This document shows, one piece after another, positions 11,491-22,388 of a DNA stretch of 36,743 nucleotides. The stretch is taken from assembly GCA_008632985.1 (NCBI GenBank), contig QPGO01000094.1, forward strand, positions 1 to 36,743, in the 5' to 3' direction. How positions within the stretch are numbered: the stretch's first letter is position 1; each line of letters starts with the position of its first letter. This DNA is from Psammoneis japonica. Lineage: Eukaryota. The notes under the pieces were generated by a model, which was given only the letters and a program-made list of their open reading frames with translations, was not told where the DNA came from and did no database searches. Made by a program: the position numbers and the translations under genes.

Positions 11491-13970
11491 AATTGCACAT
11501 TAGAGTCATTTGTAAGTGGATTATTCGACGGACATCGACAGTGTCAATAATGTCTCCACTTTCACTGTATTGTGCCATTAGCAATGACTGTTGTTGTTTT
11601 GTATAGGCAATATAGGGCCGTTCCAATTTCCGAATGTCTTTTGAGAGTGACATTGTTTGTTTCTCACTTAATATGTATATATATAGTATTACGTCGAGTA
11701 TTCTCATTGACGTTCTTGTTGATATGAACACAAGGACTAATTGTCCTGGAGTAGTGTTTTTCCTGATATCGATTGTACATAGCATCGTGCCCAGTACTTA
11801 ATGTACGCTCTTAATTATGGCGTTCACTTACTTACTTGTGGATTTCATGTAGTTTGGCGGGCTTACTTTATATGCCATATTGCTCTGCTGCACTACCACG
11901 TTTCATAAGTAATAATAAACGATGGTCAAGATATTATGACCATTTCGTCTTGATAATCAATCCTGTGATGGTTATGAATTCCATTATGGATTTTTTTTTG
12001 TACTTCAACCATCTATCAGTTGGATTTTAATCGTTATTTGGACGTTTCTTTCTGACATACCGGTGTTATTTTGTCATTCCGAAGGCACTGGTTTCGTGCA
12101 CTAAGTGGATAAATGTCCATTTTTCTTTTCTTTTTCTAGATCTTTGGCACATCTCGTGTGTCGACATGATGTATATTTTAATGTCTTGCCTCGTACATTG
12201 TACAATACAACCGTACGGGTGTTGTGAGATTGTCTTTTGCCAGTGTGAAGTGGATACGTATAATGTATACCAATCTGTCACTGTTTTTTCCTAAATCGTC
12301 CTTTAAAAAGGCGATTTTATCCTTGTGACATGAGCATTTTTCGATCTCGCTCGCCTCCACGAAAAGTGTTCGTATGATATGTCGCGTCCGACAATTTGGA
12401 GGGAATGTCTTCTTCCCGTTTTTTAACGGTAGGACATTGTCGTAGGATTCAATTTTCTATAGTAAGTCGGCTGATCGCGTCTATCGCGACGATGTTCGCC
12501 TTGCCCTCGTTGTATTCTAATTCGGGACTGAAGTTGTCAACGTATGACTTTGTCCGTTGTGTCTTATGATCCGTATATGTATAAATCTGTTGGCCAAACA
12601 GTATATTTCGGAATTTTATAAGTGTTTTCACTATGGACAGAAGTTCTTTTTCCGTTGTAACGTATAATATTGAAATCCGTGTATGATAACAATATAGTTT
12701 TTGATTTGATGCGCTCCACATTTTCGGAGACTTTTCGTTCCGTACTTGTACTTTTGCCGTTTGACCTTTATTGAGATGAATTTGGCTAGTATTGTACAGG
12801 AGATCGTTGAGACTACATGTCTCGATAACAGCAACGTATGACAACGAGATGTCGTAGTGTTCTTTACGTTTTTCTCGTGTTGCGATTGCTTGAATCGCCT
12901 CCATTTTCTTTGCAATCGATTGCATGTCGTTACGCATGGAAGTCTTGATAGTTTATTTCAAGTTAAATAGTGAAGGACTTTTGTTGTTAACCTTCTAAGC
13001 GACTGTTCTAGTCGTTTGAATGCCGCATTAAGCTGTCACTTGCACAGGTGATGTTTTGAAGTTACTTTTGTCAGGCACAAACGATCACATGCAGTCGTTC
13101 TGACAACTTCAAACCTGTTGTGAGTTCACTCAAGTGTTGTATAAAAATATCTGGGGCTCTGTAGATTCTCATTGGAAGTCCACAGTGCTCATTTTCTCCC
13201 CACGGCATGATTTTCGTGTGAGCACGACGTGTGCTTTTTTTGTTTGACATGGTGGCATTCCATGTTTGAATCAAACAGATCACATGCATGAAACGTTCTT
13301 GCTTCAATGGCATTTCCTGAACATTGGGTGAAGGATGCACCACCTGTGTGAACCTTGTGCCAAGCTTCTGAGTGTCGGGTGCAGTCGAACTCGACCTGTT
13401 TTCTTTGGACAATGAGTCTCAGAGCGACTCATTCAGAGCAACTTCATTCTTGAGACTTCAATCTTTCACAATGGGTCAAACTCCTTTTGATTGGACGCCT
13501 CCAAAGACTGTGACAGGAGAAGGTTCTCACGCGTCGTGGAATCGCGTCAGATTTTCCACGATGAGATCCGCTGATGCTTCCCATGCATTCGTCTGAGGAA
13601 CTTTTCAAAACGATTTCAACCTCTCAAGAAGAAGATTGAGTTGGTTGTGTTCATTTGGGTCAGATGCATCGCCGCAGTTGTCACTTGATTAAGATCAATG
13701 GCGTGACAATGTGAGTCGAGGACCATTGGCTCCGTTGTTGACTCTGTTCACGGCGTCACATTTTTCAATGTGATCGGTTTTCAGCTTGAAAACATCGGCA
13801 TCGAAGAGTGTGTGAACATTCTTCGTAAGGCAATTGCTTCTTCCCATTAGATTTCTGCATTTGCGCAGTCCAGTGTGACTTGCAGGGCTGGACATTAAGT
13901 CGCGTCCCATGATCACATCATTTGAACCTGAAGAAAATTTGGTGTTTTCAACACATGCTGTTTGCATGTC
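11491..13970 (-). pseudogene. Gypsy pol remnants (protease, RT, RNase H, integrase)
   Basis: DVIMGRDLM (protease, ~13900); FDSNMECHH and MPWGENEHCGLPM...APDIF (RT, ~13140-13280); YVTTEKELLSIVKTL...YTDHK and ANIVAIDAISRL (RNase H, 12450-12670); DWY...QH...CQR, TPGQLV and DTVDVRRI (integrase). Confidence 0.85.
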
Positions 13971-15470
13971 AGCATGCCTTAAATTTCACACAGCGAGAAC
14001 TGAATTCGGTGTTTGCTGTCAGTCGTAAAGAGCTCACCCTTGGTTTCCCAAGTTTTTGGTGGCGGATTCTTGTGTTCTCAACTTTCGCACGAATTTGCGC
14101 AAAATTGTGGTTGACGATGTTCCGTTGTCGACAGGAACACGCAGGTGCTTTTTTTTTTCTCCTTTCCCAAGGAAGCATTCACACAAATGATGACTCCTGG
14201 ACTGGCATGAATTATTTCTGCCTTTTTTCTGGGCTTCCCAATGTCCAGCAAAGCACACAATTCGTGAACAGACCAAAATTGTTCTTTGGATTCAGCCTGG
14301 ATCATCCGATCAAATTGGTGTTTTTCTTCACTGAGGGCATCAGAATCTGATTCTTTGCCCTTGTGCTCTTTTTCTTTGTTCAAGGAACTCGCTTTGAGCA
14401 TTTTTTGAACCGCCTGATCAATCATGACGTTCATCTCTTTTTTTGCGAGTGGCATTTTCGTCATCGCGACGCGACCGCGTGCGATTGCCATTTGAACGGC
14501 GCATTTTTGGGTCTCTTTCAGAGTCACCCTTGCACTCTTTTGCCAGTTCATTTTTAGAATGGCTTCAATCCGTGATGTGGGCATTCTTTTTTCAAAGATG
14601 AGACCTTGCATTCACTTTGGATTGTTCTGGCACCATGTGGGAGACCATTTTTGGAACCAAATTTGGAACCTTTTTTATTTTGGAACCAACTGCGCTGTCA
14701 GAGCCTGAGTTGACATGTTTTTTCGTCACGGACGTCATGAACGACCTTTAGATGACTCAAAACTTAATCAGCTCATCAAGGATGAGTTGCAATGGTTGAT
14801 TGTTTTGGACAGTAGACTGATGCTGCCATCCTTGCGGTGCGAGTGACAGCTGACAAATCAGCGCTTGGTTTCCCGCTAGATTCGACTTAGAATCCATCTG
14901 AGGGTCGCACAGACTCTCATCGTTGACCTCTTGGGTCTGACAGAGGCTTTCCCGCTGTCAAGCAGCTCTGGTTTTCTTCAGGTCATCTCGAAAATAATTT
15001 CCCTGATTCTGAAGTGCATTTCCTCGGAGGACATGAGTTGTGAGACGCTTGAGGTGCTTTCCAACGATTCCCTCTTGCTCCTTGGACTCGAGGATCATCG
15101 ATTCGGTCTCAAAAAACTCTCCAACAGTCTCTCCTTGCATGCCAGACGCATTTCTTGGACCTGATCGACTCGGAACTTGCATTCTCTGCAACCATGACTT
15201 GGTGTAGATTTTTTGACAATGCGGTGTGCTTGAGAGCCCTTGATCCTTGGGTGCTTGGAACAGACCGCACTGGAGCGAATCCTCTTGTCTGGTGGACGAA
15301 AAACAACGTTCCATCTTGAGGCACTGCTCGGCTTGAGCTTCTTCCGCTTTGGAAATCGATTCCAGCAGAACTGATGCGATTCATTCCTGTTCACAGAAGA
15401 ATTTGCAAAGGCACATCAGTTAAAATTTTCATTTTCCGTGCTTTTTACCTTCTGTGGTGTGTGTGCACAA

Positions 15471-15837
15471 TGCACTGTGCTCGAAGAACGAGTGCAAACG
15501 AAAGTAGAACAGTGTGCGAAAAGTGGAAATTATGAGATTAAATTTTGCTCTGTGATTTTTGGTTTCTCCGAACGAGTTCTCAATGGCCCAAAGCTTCTGT
15601 GCTGCTTCTACAGACGAAAGGCCTTTCGGAGAACACATTCGTGACAACAGATTGTCCGGATGCGATTGCCATTGACACGCAAGATGTCAACATCGTCAAT
15701 CGATCGTATTTGCAATTCTCGACATCCGATCAACTCTGTGTGATCGTTCTGTCCTTTGCACGCATCCATGACTGTGGTGCGATTGACGTGCAAATGACGT
15801 GCAATCACACATGTGTGCACAACAGTCGCATGCTGCA
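15471..15837 (-). repeat. 5' LTR of the Gypsy element
   Basis: Direct repeat of 11113-11479 with TG...CA ends. Confidence 0.93.
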
Positions 15838-15841
15838 GAAA

Positions 15842-18220
15842 ATTCAACGCCCCAAAAATGAACCATGAACACCTTCCATTGTGAGCTTGATCTGCTGCAC
15901 AAGAAGGTTGTTTCTTTCAAGATGCACATCTTTGGCTTTTTTCTCTCTCCCTGCTCTGTCTGTTTGTGTGCTGGCTCATCTCTTCTGTGCAATGCTCTGT
16001 TGTGTGTGTGTGCTCTCCTTTTGCCAGAAAAAAGATGTGGCTGTGGGATGTGTGCTGCCACTTGCTTTGAATCATGTCTGCAAGTGCGTGCCATTCTTTC
16101 GCTGAAGTGCAGCATCCTGTTGGGCAAATTCAAATTGTTGTTGACACAAGTGCCCATCAACATGATCATGGCAGAGTCTGTTTTTCTCTGCGCTCTTGAT
16201 CACAGCATTGTGTGTGCCAAAGAAATGAAAACAAACAACAAGTGTCTGTGCCAAAGAAATGAAAACAAACAACAAATCTTCTTTGGCTCTCTTGATCTCA
16301 GTGTGCAAAGCTCTTGTTGGTTGAATTGCCGCTCAAAGTGTTGTCATCAATTGACAAGAGCTGGCACTCTTCAACATGGGTGTTTTTTCCTCTTGTGTGT
16401 CATGGCAAGCTCACCCCAAAGGGGTGGCTCAAGCAAAAGCTGCACTCAGCAACCACAGTGTTTTCTGCTAAAATCAACAGAGCTGCAGCCAAATCTGATG
16501 CTGGGTGATCTGGCACAAATGTCAATTGTGTGGTGGTGCCTGAGGCCAATGACTGATGCCTCAAAAAACACATTTTGGGTCTCTTTGCATGTGTGCAAAA
16601 TGTGTTTTTGACAACAACAATTGCTCTCTTTTGTTGCAAACCTCCTCACAATGCATCATTGACAAATCTGCCACACCCACTCTCCCAGTTTCCGGTTTCC
16701 AGTGTTGCCCCATTTAAAATTGAGGCATTGCCCCAGACAAAAAATCAGCACTGCACAAGCACCAGATCACCCCCAGCTGCTTTGTTGCCTGTTTCCTGTC
16801 ACTGTTGTTGTGCGCCATTGTCATCATTGCTTGCAAAGTGAGTCACTTCGCCAGCTGCTTTGTGGCACCACACAAGAAGTTTTGCGCATCATCTGCAAGC
16901 TCTGCAAAATGACGTGGTCTTTCTGGGGCCTGCTGGAAATTTTGGTCACATGCATTGAAAAGGTCAACATGAGCAGCAAGCCACAAGAGCAGGACCTGGG
17001 TGCATTGTTGTGCTGTTTCTGAACTCTGAACATTTTTCTTTGGTTGTGCATTTTCCTCATGGCACCATTTTTGGAGATGCTTCCACACATTTCTGTGCAC
17101 AGCCAGCTGTTTTTGAATTAGACAGCCAACCAAGCAGCTGGCAACCACCCAAACAACCACAAAGTTTTCACTGCCACAAGCCTGGAATGCCTGGCACATG
17201 ACACTGGTGCTCCTCAACTCTGAAGCACAACCCCCTGGGTTGGCCAGCGCTCCTCAGCTCTGAAGCACCACCTCCTGGGTTGGCTGGCTGAGCTGGTCAA
17301 AGTCAAGAGATTAGAGCACAAAAGCAAAGCTGCCTCAAGGAGCAAGTGCACATGTGCTGGTCATCTGAGCACACTTGCTTGCACCATGAAAAAGCAAAAA
17401 GGCTGCTGAGTTTGGGAAAAGTGCACAGTTTCTCAGCAGTGTTGAGGTCACTCAGAGTCTCTCTTCATTTCAGACCTCCTGGCTGTGCTGCTTGCCTGCA
17501 TTTGCAGCAGCAGCAATGCCAAAAGACCCTCTGTCTCAGCTGCCAGCATTGGCTGCAGCCCATTAATCAGACCATGATGTGCTGCCTCCAGAGCCAGTGA
17601 AAGACTGTCTCTTTGGCACATCTGCCCCCCTGGCAAGACATTGGCGTGCGCTGCGCTTTGAGCGCAGCTGATTGTGAAAATTTGAGCCGAGAGAGAGAGA
17701 AGAGCAGTGTGCCTCATTTCTTTGAGGGGCTGTCTGATTTGTCCTCTCTTCTGCTGCAGGCTTTAATTTTCAACATGCACGGCAACAAATGGCGGCACTG
17801 CACCCCTGCCAGGGCATGCAGCAACAGCGTGGCGCGACAGCCCCACATGGGAGAGAAAAGCCTCCACAGGGTTTGCAGTCACCAGCTCAACAATCAACTT
17901 GCAGAAGAATGGGTTTTCTTTCACAACAACTGCCCTTGTTTTTTTTTTCTGACAAGAGACAAAAGAGGTCACCTGCCGCCACAAAAGTCCCTTGTTTTGG
18001 CAAAAAAGCTGCTGCAGTGCCCAGAAGCCGGTGCTGGAGAGAGCCCCTCCTCCATTTGACAACAACATCATGTGTGCAGTGCAGTGATGCAGGACAACCT
18101 TGACAATCATGAACGAGACCAGTTTTCTCATCAATGGGGAGAAACACTGGGCAGTTTCAATGCGATTGCCCGCCACTTTGACGTGAGCAACTTTCGACGA
18201 CTGGGGGTGTGACGAAAAAA
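15842..18220. other. TpA- and CpG-depleted degenerate repeat domain (right part of island), family unassigned
   Basis: About six TA in ~2.4 kb; ORFs are Tyr-free; the pattern ends abruptly at ctttaaaattataatac (18221-18237). Confidence 0.85.
17205..17284 (+). repeat. 40-bp tandem duplication
   Basis: gctcctcaactctgaagcacaaccccctgggttggc / gctcctcagctctgaagcaccacctcctgggttggc. Confidence 0.85.
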
Positions 18221-18262
18221 CTTTAAAATTATAATACATTTTTCATTTCGTTTGTACAGTAG

Positions 18263-18344
18263 GACATCGTGCCGGAGTGGTAAACGGGATAGATTGCTAA
18301 TCTATTGTGCTATGCACGCCAGAGTTCGAATCTCTGCGATGTCG
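18263..18344 (+). tRNA. tRNA-Ser (anticodon GCT)
   Basis: Acceptor stem GACATCG/CGATGTC with discriminator G; D-arm GCCGGAGTGGTAAACGG; anticodon arm ATAGA-TTGCTAA-TCTAT; long variable arm GTGC-TAT-GCAC; T-loop GTTCGAATC. Confidence 0.95.
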
Positions 18345-18346
18345 AA

Positions 18347-18353
18347 TTTTTTT
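18347..18353 (+). terminator. Pol III oligo-dT terminator
   Basis: T7 run 2 nt after the tRNA; a TATA-like attataat lies about 30 nt upstream of the tRNA. Confidence 0.8.
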
Positions 18354-18568
18354 GCTTGAAACGCCTCATCTTGGGCGTATTGTACCGGCAGGTCTACGGG
18401 TACCTAAGTACATACCGTACACACTATGTGCTATTTGGTTTCTGAAAGTACTACGGAGTATTATTTTACTTAGTAGTCTACGGTACACCCTACAGTACCG
18501 GTAGGGCCCCATCTTACGGTACCGGTAGGTCGTAGGGATGCTTCGTACAAGGGATTATCCCTTGCTTC

Positions 18569-18698
18569 GTACCGCTTTTCCTCCACATTTCTGCGTCATT
18601 CAATCTATGATGGCGATCTTTCTGCATTGATTGTAGTACTGCTTTTCCTCCACATTTCTCCGTCATTCAGTCCATGATGGCGATCTTCTGCATGGATT
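18569..18698 (+). repeat. ~65-bp tandem duplication
   Basis: gcttttcctccacatttct(g/c)cgtcattca(a/g)tc(t/c)atgatggcgatctt occurs at ~18574 and ~18641. Confidence 0.85.
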
Positions 18699-19026
18699 AC
18701 TTCGAATGCATGAAGAAACGCGAGAGGACGAATGAGAAAGGTCTTTACATATGGCAAAAGCAGATGAAATTGGCTTAGGGCATAGCACTACCAACTGGAG
18801 ACTACTAAAGAAGAATACTACATTCGTAAAGTGTTACTGGTGGCAGCCACCAAAGCTGAATATTACATTCGTACAATGACATCAGCTACCCAAGTAGAAT
18901 GCAAGAGATTGAGAGGCTATCCCCTAGACTCAAAATGAACTCCCAATTGTACTTCTTGGTTTCCGAGACCACAAAACAATGCCCATCATGTAAGCGGCCG
19001 TTCCCTTTCTGTTTACTCCCCCCCGT

Positions 19027-19864
19027 TTACTCCCCCCCAGCGCCTGCCTCTTCCTCGAATGCAGATGGATCTTCCCGATAGAGACGGCACTGGTTGTGAA
19101 GCAAACCTCCTTGCATCAGCCATCCACGCTCACGAAGCTCGTCATCCGTGGCTGACTCCCAACGCCTGACGATGCGGTATGGCTCGTTGAATTTCCAATA
19201 CACCGTGTCTCCAGGCAAGATGCAACACTTGCCACCACAGGCGGTTTCTTCCATCATACTTTCGGGATCAATTTCTCCATGACACCCATAATTGACAAAA
19301 TCCATGAAAGCTTCTGATGGCCACATGTGAACTCCGCCACAGACATTCTCCTCCATAAACTCACGGTAGAGAGGACGAAGCTGGCCTTCGGTCAAGTAAG
19401 AGCCATCCTGGTTCTTCAAGTTTGCTACACTTGCAGCCATTCTCGAATCGAATAGAGCGCCCCACCAATGGTGGTGGACGACATGACGGCCGACCACTCG
19501 CGTGTATGAAACTCACGTGCACCAAAGCCCCGTGGCATGTTCCCATTTACCCCTCCCCAGCCCACCCCCCTTCTTGAAGATGCAAGGCTTCCCCAAAGAC
19601 ATGTTCGGTCCCCATACACATGTCGAGTTTGACTTTGTAGTGACAAGAGTCTTCATTAATTTCCCTGGCTGGATGGCCCGCCGGCGTATAGCTCTGAATG
19701 TGCTTTAGCACCCCGATGACATCCGCCAGAGCATTCGCGGTACTTTCTTCTTGTTGCACACACCACAGAAAACAGTAGAAACGACTCTTGTGGATTTCAT
19801 GAATCTTTTTGAAGCGCCTGTTCCATGCATTTTGCATCGTCGGAATGACTGCCGTCAATGACAT
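19027..19864 (-). CDS. Hypothetical protein, possibly one frameshifted or spliced gene (ORFs 19547-19864 and 19027-19497)
   Basis: Two co-oriented ORFs with ordinary composition, separated by a G-run-rich segment. No family recognised. Confidence 0.35.
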
Positions 19865-19899
19865 GGTGTCGACCGCGTTTACAATCCGAAAGTGTCTCG

Positions 19900-19941
19900 T
19901 TACTCACACGAAGAGTGTGATTACTCACACGAAGAGTGTGA
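19900..19941. repeat. Perfect 21-bp tandem duplication, each unit with the dyad TCACAC-N5-GTGTGA
   Basis: ttactcacacgaagagtgtga twice, followed closely by the palindrome tgtgatcaca. Confidence 0.9.
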
Positions 19942-20604
19942 TCATGTGATCACAATGTGCCATGTTCAATGTGCTCGAGGATCGCGAGGAGGAGGAGTCG
20001 CGCGCGAATACTCTCTTAGCTAGCTCTCTAGCCCCTACTCGCTCTACTCTAGTAGTAGTAGCTAGTAGAGCTAGCTCTCTAGCTAGAGTTTTTCGAGCTA
20101 GAGTTCCTCTAGCTAGAGTAGAGGTATGAAAAATAACTCTCCCACAGTCAACGCTCTGCACAAGAAAAGCACCATGCGATGTGCAGTACCATCTTCACAA
20201 CTTGTTACCGGGTGCGACTATTACTGTGTAATACGAGTACCGGGCGGTAGGAAAGGGATGTTCCACTTCAATTGACGTAGGCTACGTAGAAACCTAGATT
20301 TTACCAAACTAGACACAGGCCCAGAAGCCCGCTCATCGTGGCATGAACAAGCGTACTGTAACGGAGAAGACGCGACCAAACTCGACAACATCGATCGAAA
20401 GGAGCGAAAAATTGCGTAACGAACCAAAGGCATTGACGTTGTGTTTCCTTCCATGTGGGAAGGATCAGATTGCAGCGTTCACGTCTGGTACACCTCCAAC
20501 GGCCGTGTAACAATGGTAATTGATTGGACGCTGCTTTCACGGCTGTTACTGCTTGACAAAATTTGATCGAGTATCACCTCGTGGCTTTTCATAACTCATC
20601 CCAA

Positions 20605-22226
20605 TCATGCAGCAACATCATTAGCATGGGCGTTGCCAACAACATGGCTTTGTCGGTTGTCTTCTTCCCACAGTAAGCGTTCGAAAGTCTCCTCTGGGGA
20701 ACGCAGCAACACGTCTTCACTCAAGTGCTTTGTCGCGGCATTCAAAATCAATTCAGAGATGGGAGGTTTGCCAGACAGCGAGACGCCCTCTCGCAAGTAC
20801 TTCTTCGGAAGTGAAGCAATCTCATCCAATTCGATGCGATATCGCTTCGAGTTGGGTTCTCCAGCAAACAACTGACAAACCGCTTTGACAATGAATCGCC
20901 GGATTTTTGCAGGATCCCATAGATTTTCTTCCTCATCGGCATGTCGACCGTATTCTTGAAGTATTTCTAGCCGATTCAAATGTCTGCAGGAGTCATCCTT
21001 GTAGAGTAGACGGTCCGCCATTGCAAAATTCCAAGGCTGAGCGGCAAACGAACGCCCGACCATTACCCCTAGCAAACCGGGACATTCGTCAAATTCCGTC
21101 TGAGCATCAGTCAAGCTACCGATACCACCATTGACCGAAAACGTAAGCTCTGGATAGTCTTGTACAAGTCGTCTGACTAGTTCGCGTTTCAGAGGTGGTA
21201 TTTTTCGATTGTCCGCAGGCGAGAAAGATTTCTGAAGAACGGCAATACGTGCGTGCACAGAAAAGTCGGTCACGACATTGTTCGCCGCTACTCGTTCAAT
21301 GAAGCTGCAAAGTTTGGAATACTCCATCTCAGGATCAATGCTGTCGTAAGCCTTTCGAGTGAAAGACTGGTCATTTGACGTTCCAATTCTACATTTGACC
21401 GTCACTGGCAATTTCCCGCCGGTACCGTCATGTAAAGCAGAAGTGAGTTCTGCTACCAGATCTGGATCGTCCATCAGAGCAGCTCCAAAGCATCCTTTTC
21501 CGGCTACCTTTGGAGAAGGGCAGCCGCAGTTCAGGTTGATGGCGGTGTAGTCGCACCATCCTCGGTCAGTCATGTCCATCACAGTCTGGGCTGCTTCATA
21601 CATTTGCTGAGGATCTGAACCACCTAATTGCAACACGGAAGCGCCCTCAAGCGGTTGTATTAGCCCTTGGCCAAGGTAACGCCTCATAAATTGATCATCA
21701 TAGCCCTTTCGTGCTTGTTCTGGGGTTGCTGTTGGATTCTGGCTTATGAATTCGTCCTCTTTGTCACGACGCTCGTGAACCAAGGCATTTGCTGCAACCA
21801 TCTCGGTATAGAGCAAGGTGCGGTTCGAAATGAGCCTTACCAAATGCCGAAAATGCCGGTCTGTGTACTCCATCATCTATTCATCAAAGGACATGCAAAA
21901 GAAGAAAGTGGAGTTACACAATGCGTGAGACGCATGAGACAAACAAAAGAAGAAAGTTAGAGCGAACATACCGGTGCGAGAGACAAGCGGCTTGCTTCCA
22001 TCAGTTCTTTGTATTTTGTCTCCCTCGTGGCTGCATTGTCCTCACTGGACTCTGTCGATGTTGTGACCTGGTACAGGTTTCGCCGAGAAAGAGCTTTCCT
22101 TTGTGTAAGGGAAGCAAAAGCAGGTACACGGCCAGCCGCCGACCCTCTCATTTGCAAACCGTACATTACAACGCAGCTGTATTCAATCGATACAATAACA
22201 GATAGAAGCTGCGGTCCCCACCTCAT
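20605..22226 (-). CDS. dusA: tRNA-dihydrouridine synthase, DusA-like; intron 21877-21971
   Basis: LSLAP/MMEYTDRHFR, YTEMV, LQLGGSDP, INLNCGCPS, FGAALM, VTVKCRIG, VHAR, NGGI and VMVGR. The N-terminal extension may be an organelle-targeting peptide; the start codon is uncertain. Confidence 0.88.
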
Positions 22227-22388
22227 GAGGCACGTTGACAAGTTTCTGAGTCGCTATTGGGCTGCTTGGCTACTTCTGACTTCTGATGATGCATGTCGCT
22301 GTTACTGTATTACCGTATGGTACCGGTATGGATCGATACCGGTATGTGAGGCGAGGGTTTGGAGTTTGGATGGAGGCGAGTTGATGTA

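Larger units (their letters stand above)
11113..15837 (-). mobile_element. Ty3/Gypsy LTR retrotransposon, degenerate and internally deleted (4.7 kb)
   Basis: Two 367-bp TG...CA direct repeats, GAAA on both sides (11109-11112, 15838-15841), a polypurine tract next to the left LTR, and PR-RT-RNaseH-IN order on the minus strand. Confidence 0.92.

Noticed and set aside
15440..15470. Primer-binding site of the Gypsy element
   Set aside because: No clear TGG-starting tRNA complement next to the 5' LTR; it may be obscured by mutation.
15865..18147. 248-aa Cys-rich ORF (15865-16611) and its neighbours as real genes
   Set aside because: Same TpA-depletion artefact; no recognisable domain and no Tyr.
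6810..18220. Alternative genetic code or foreign (viral/contaminant) insert as the cause of odd composition
   Set aside because: The bias is frame- and strand-independent, affects non-coding LTRs, and differs between two copies of the same LTR.
6810..18220. Classical RIP or CpG deamination as the sole explanation
   Set aside because: Both are C->T processes that create or leave TpA; they cannot turn conserved Tyr codons into His/Cys.
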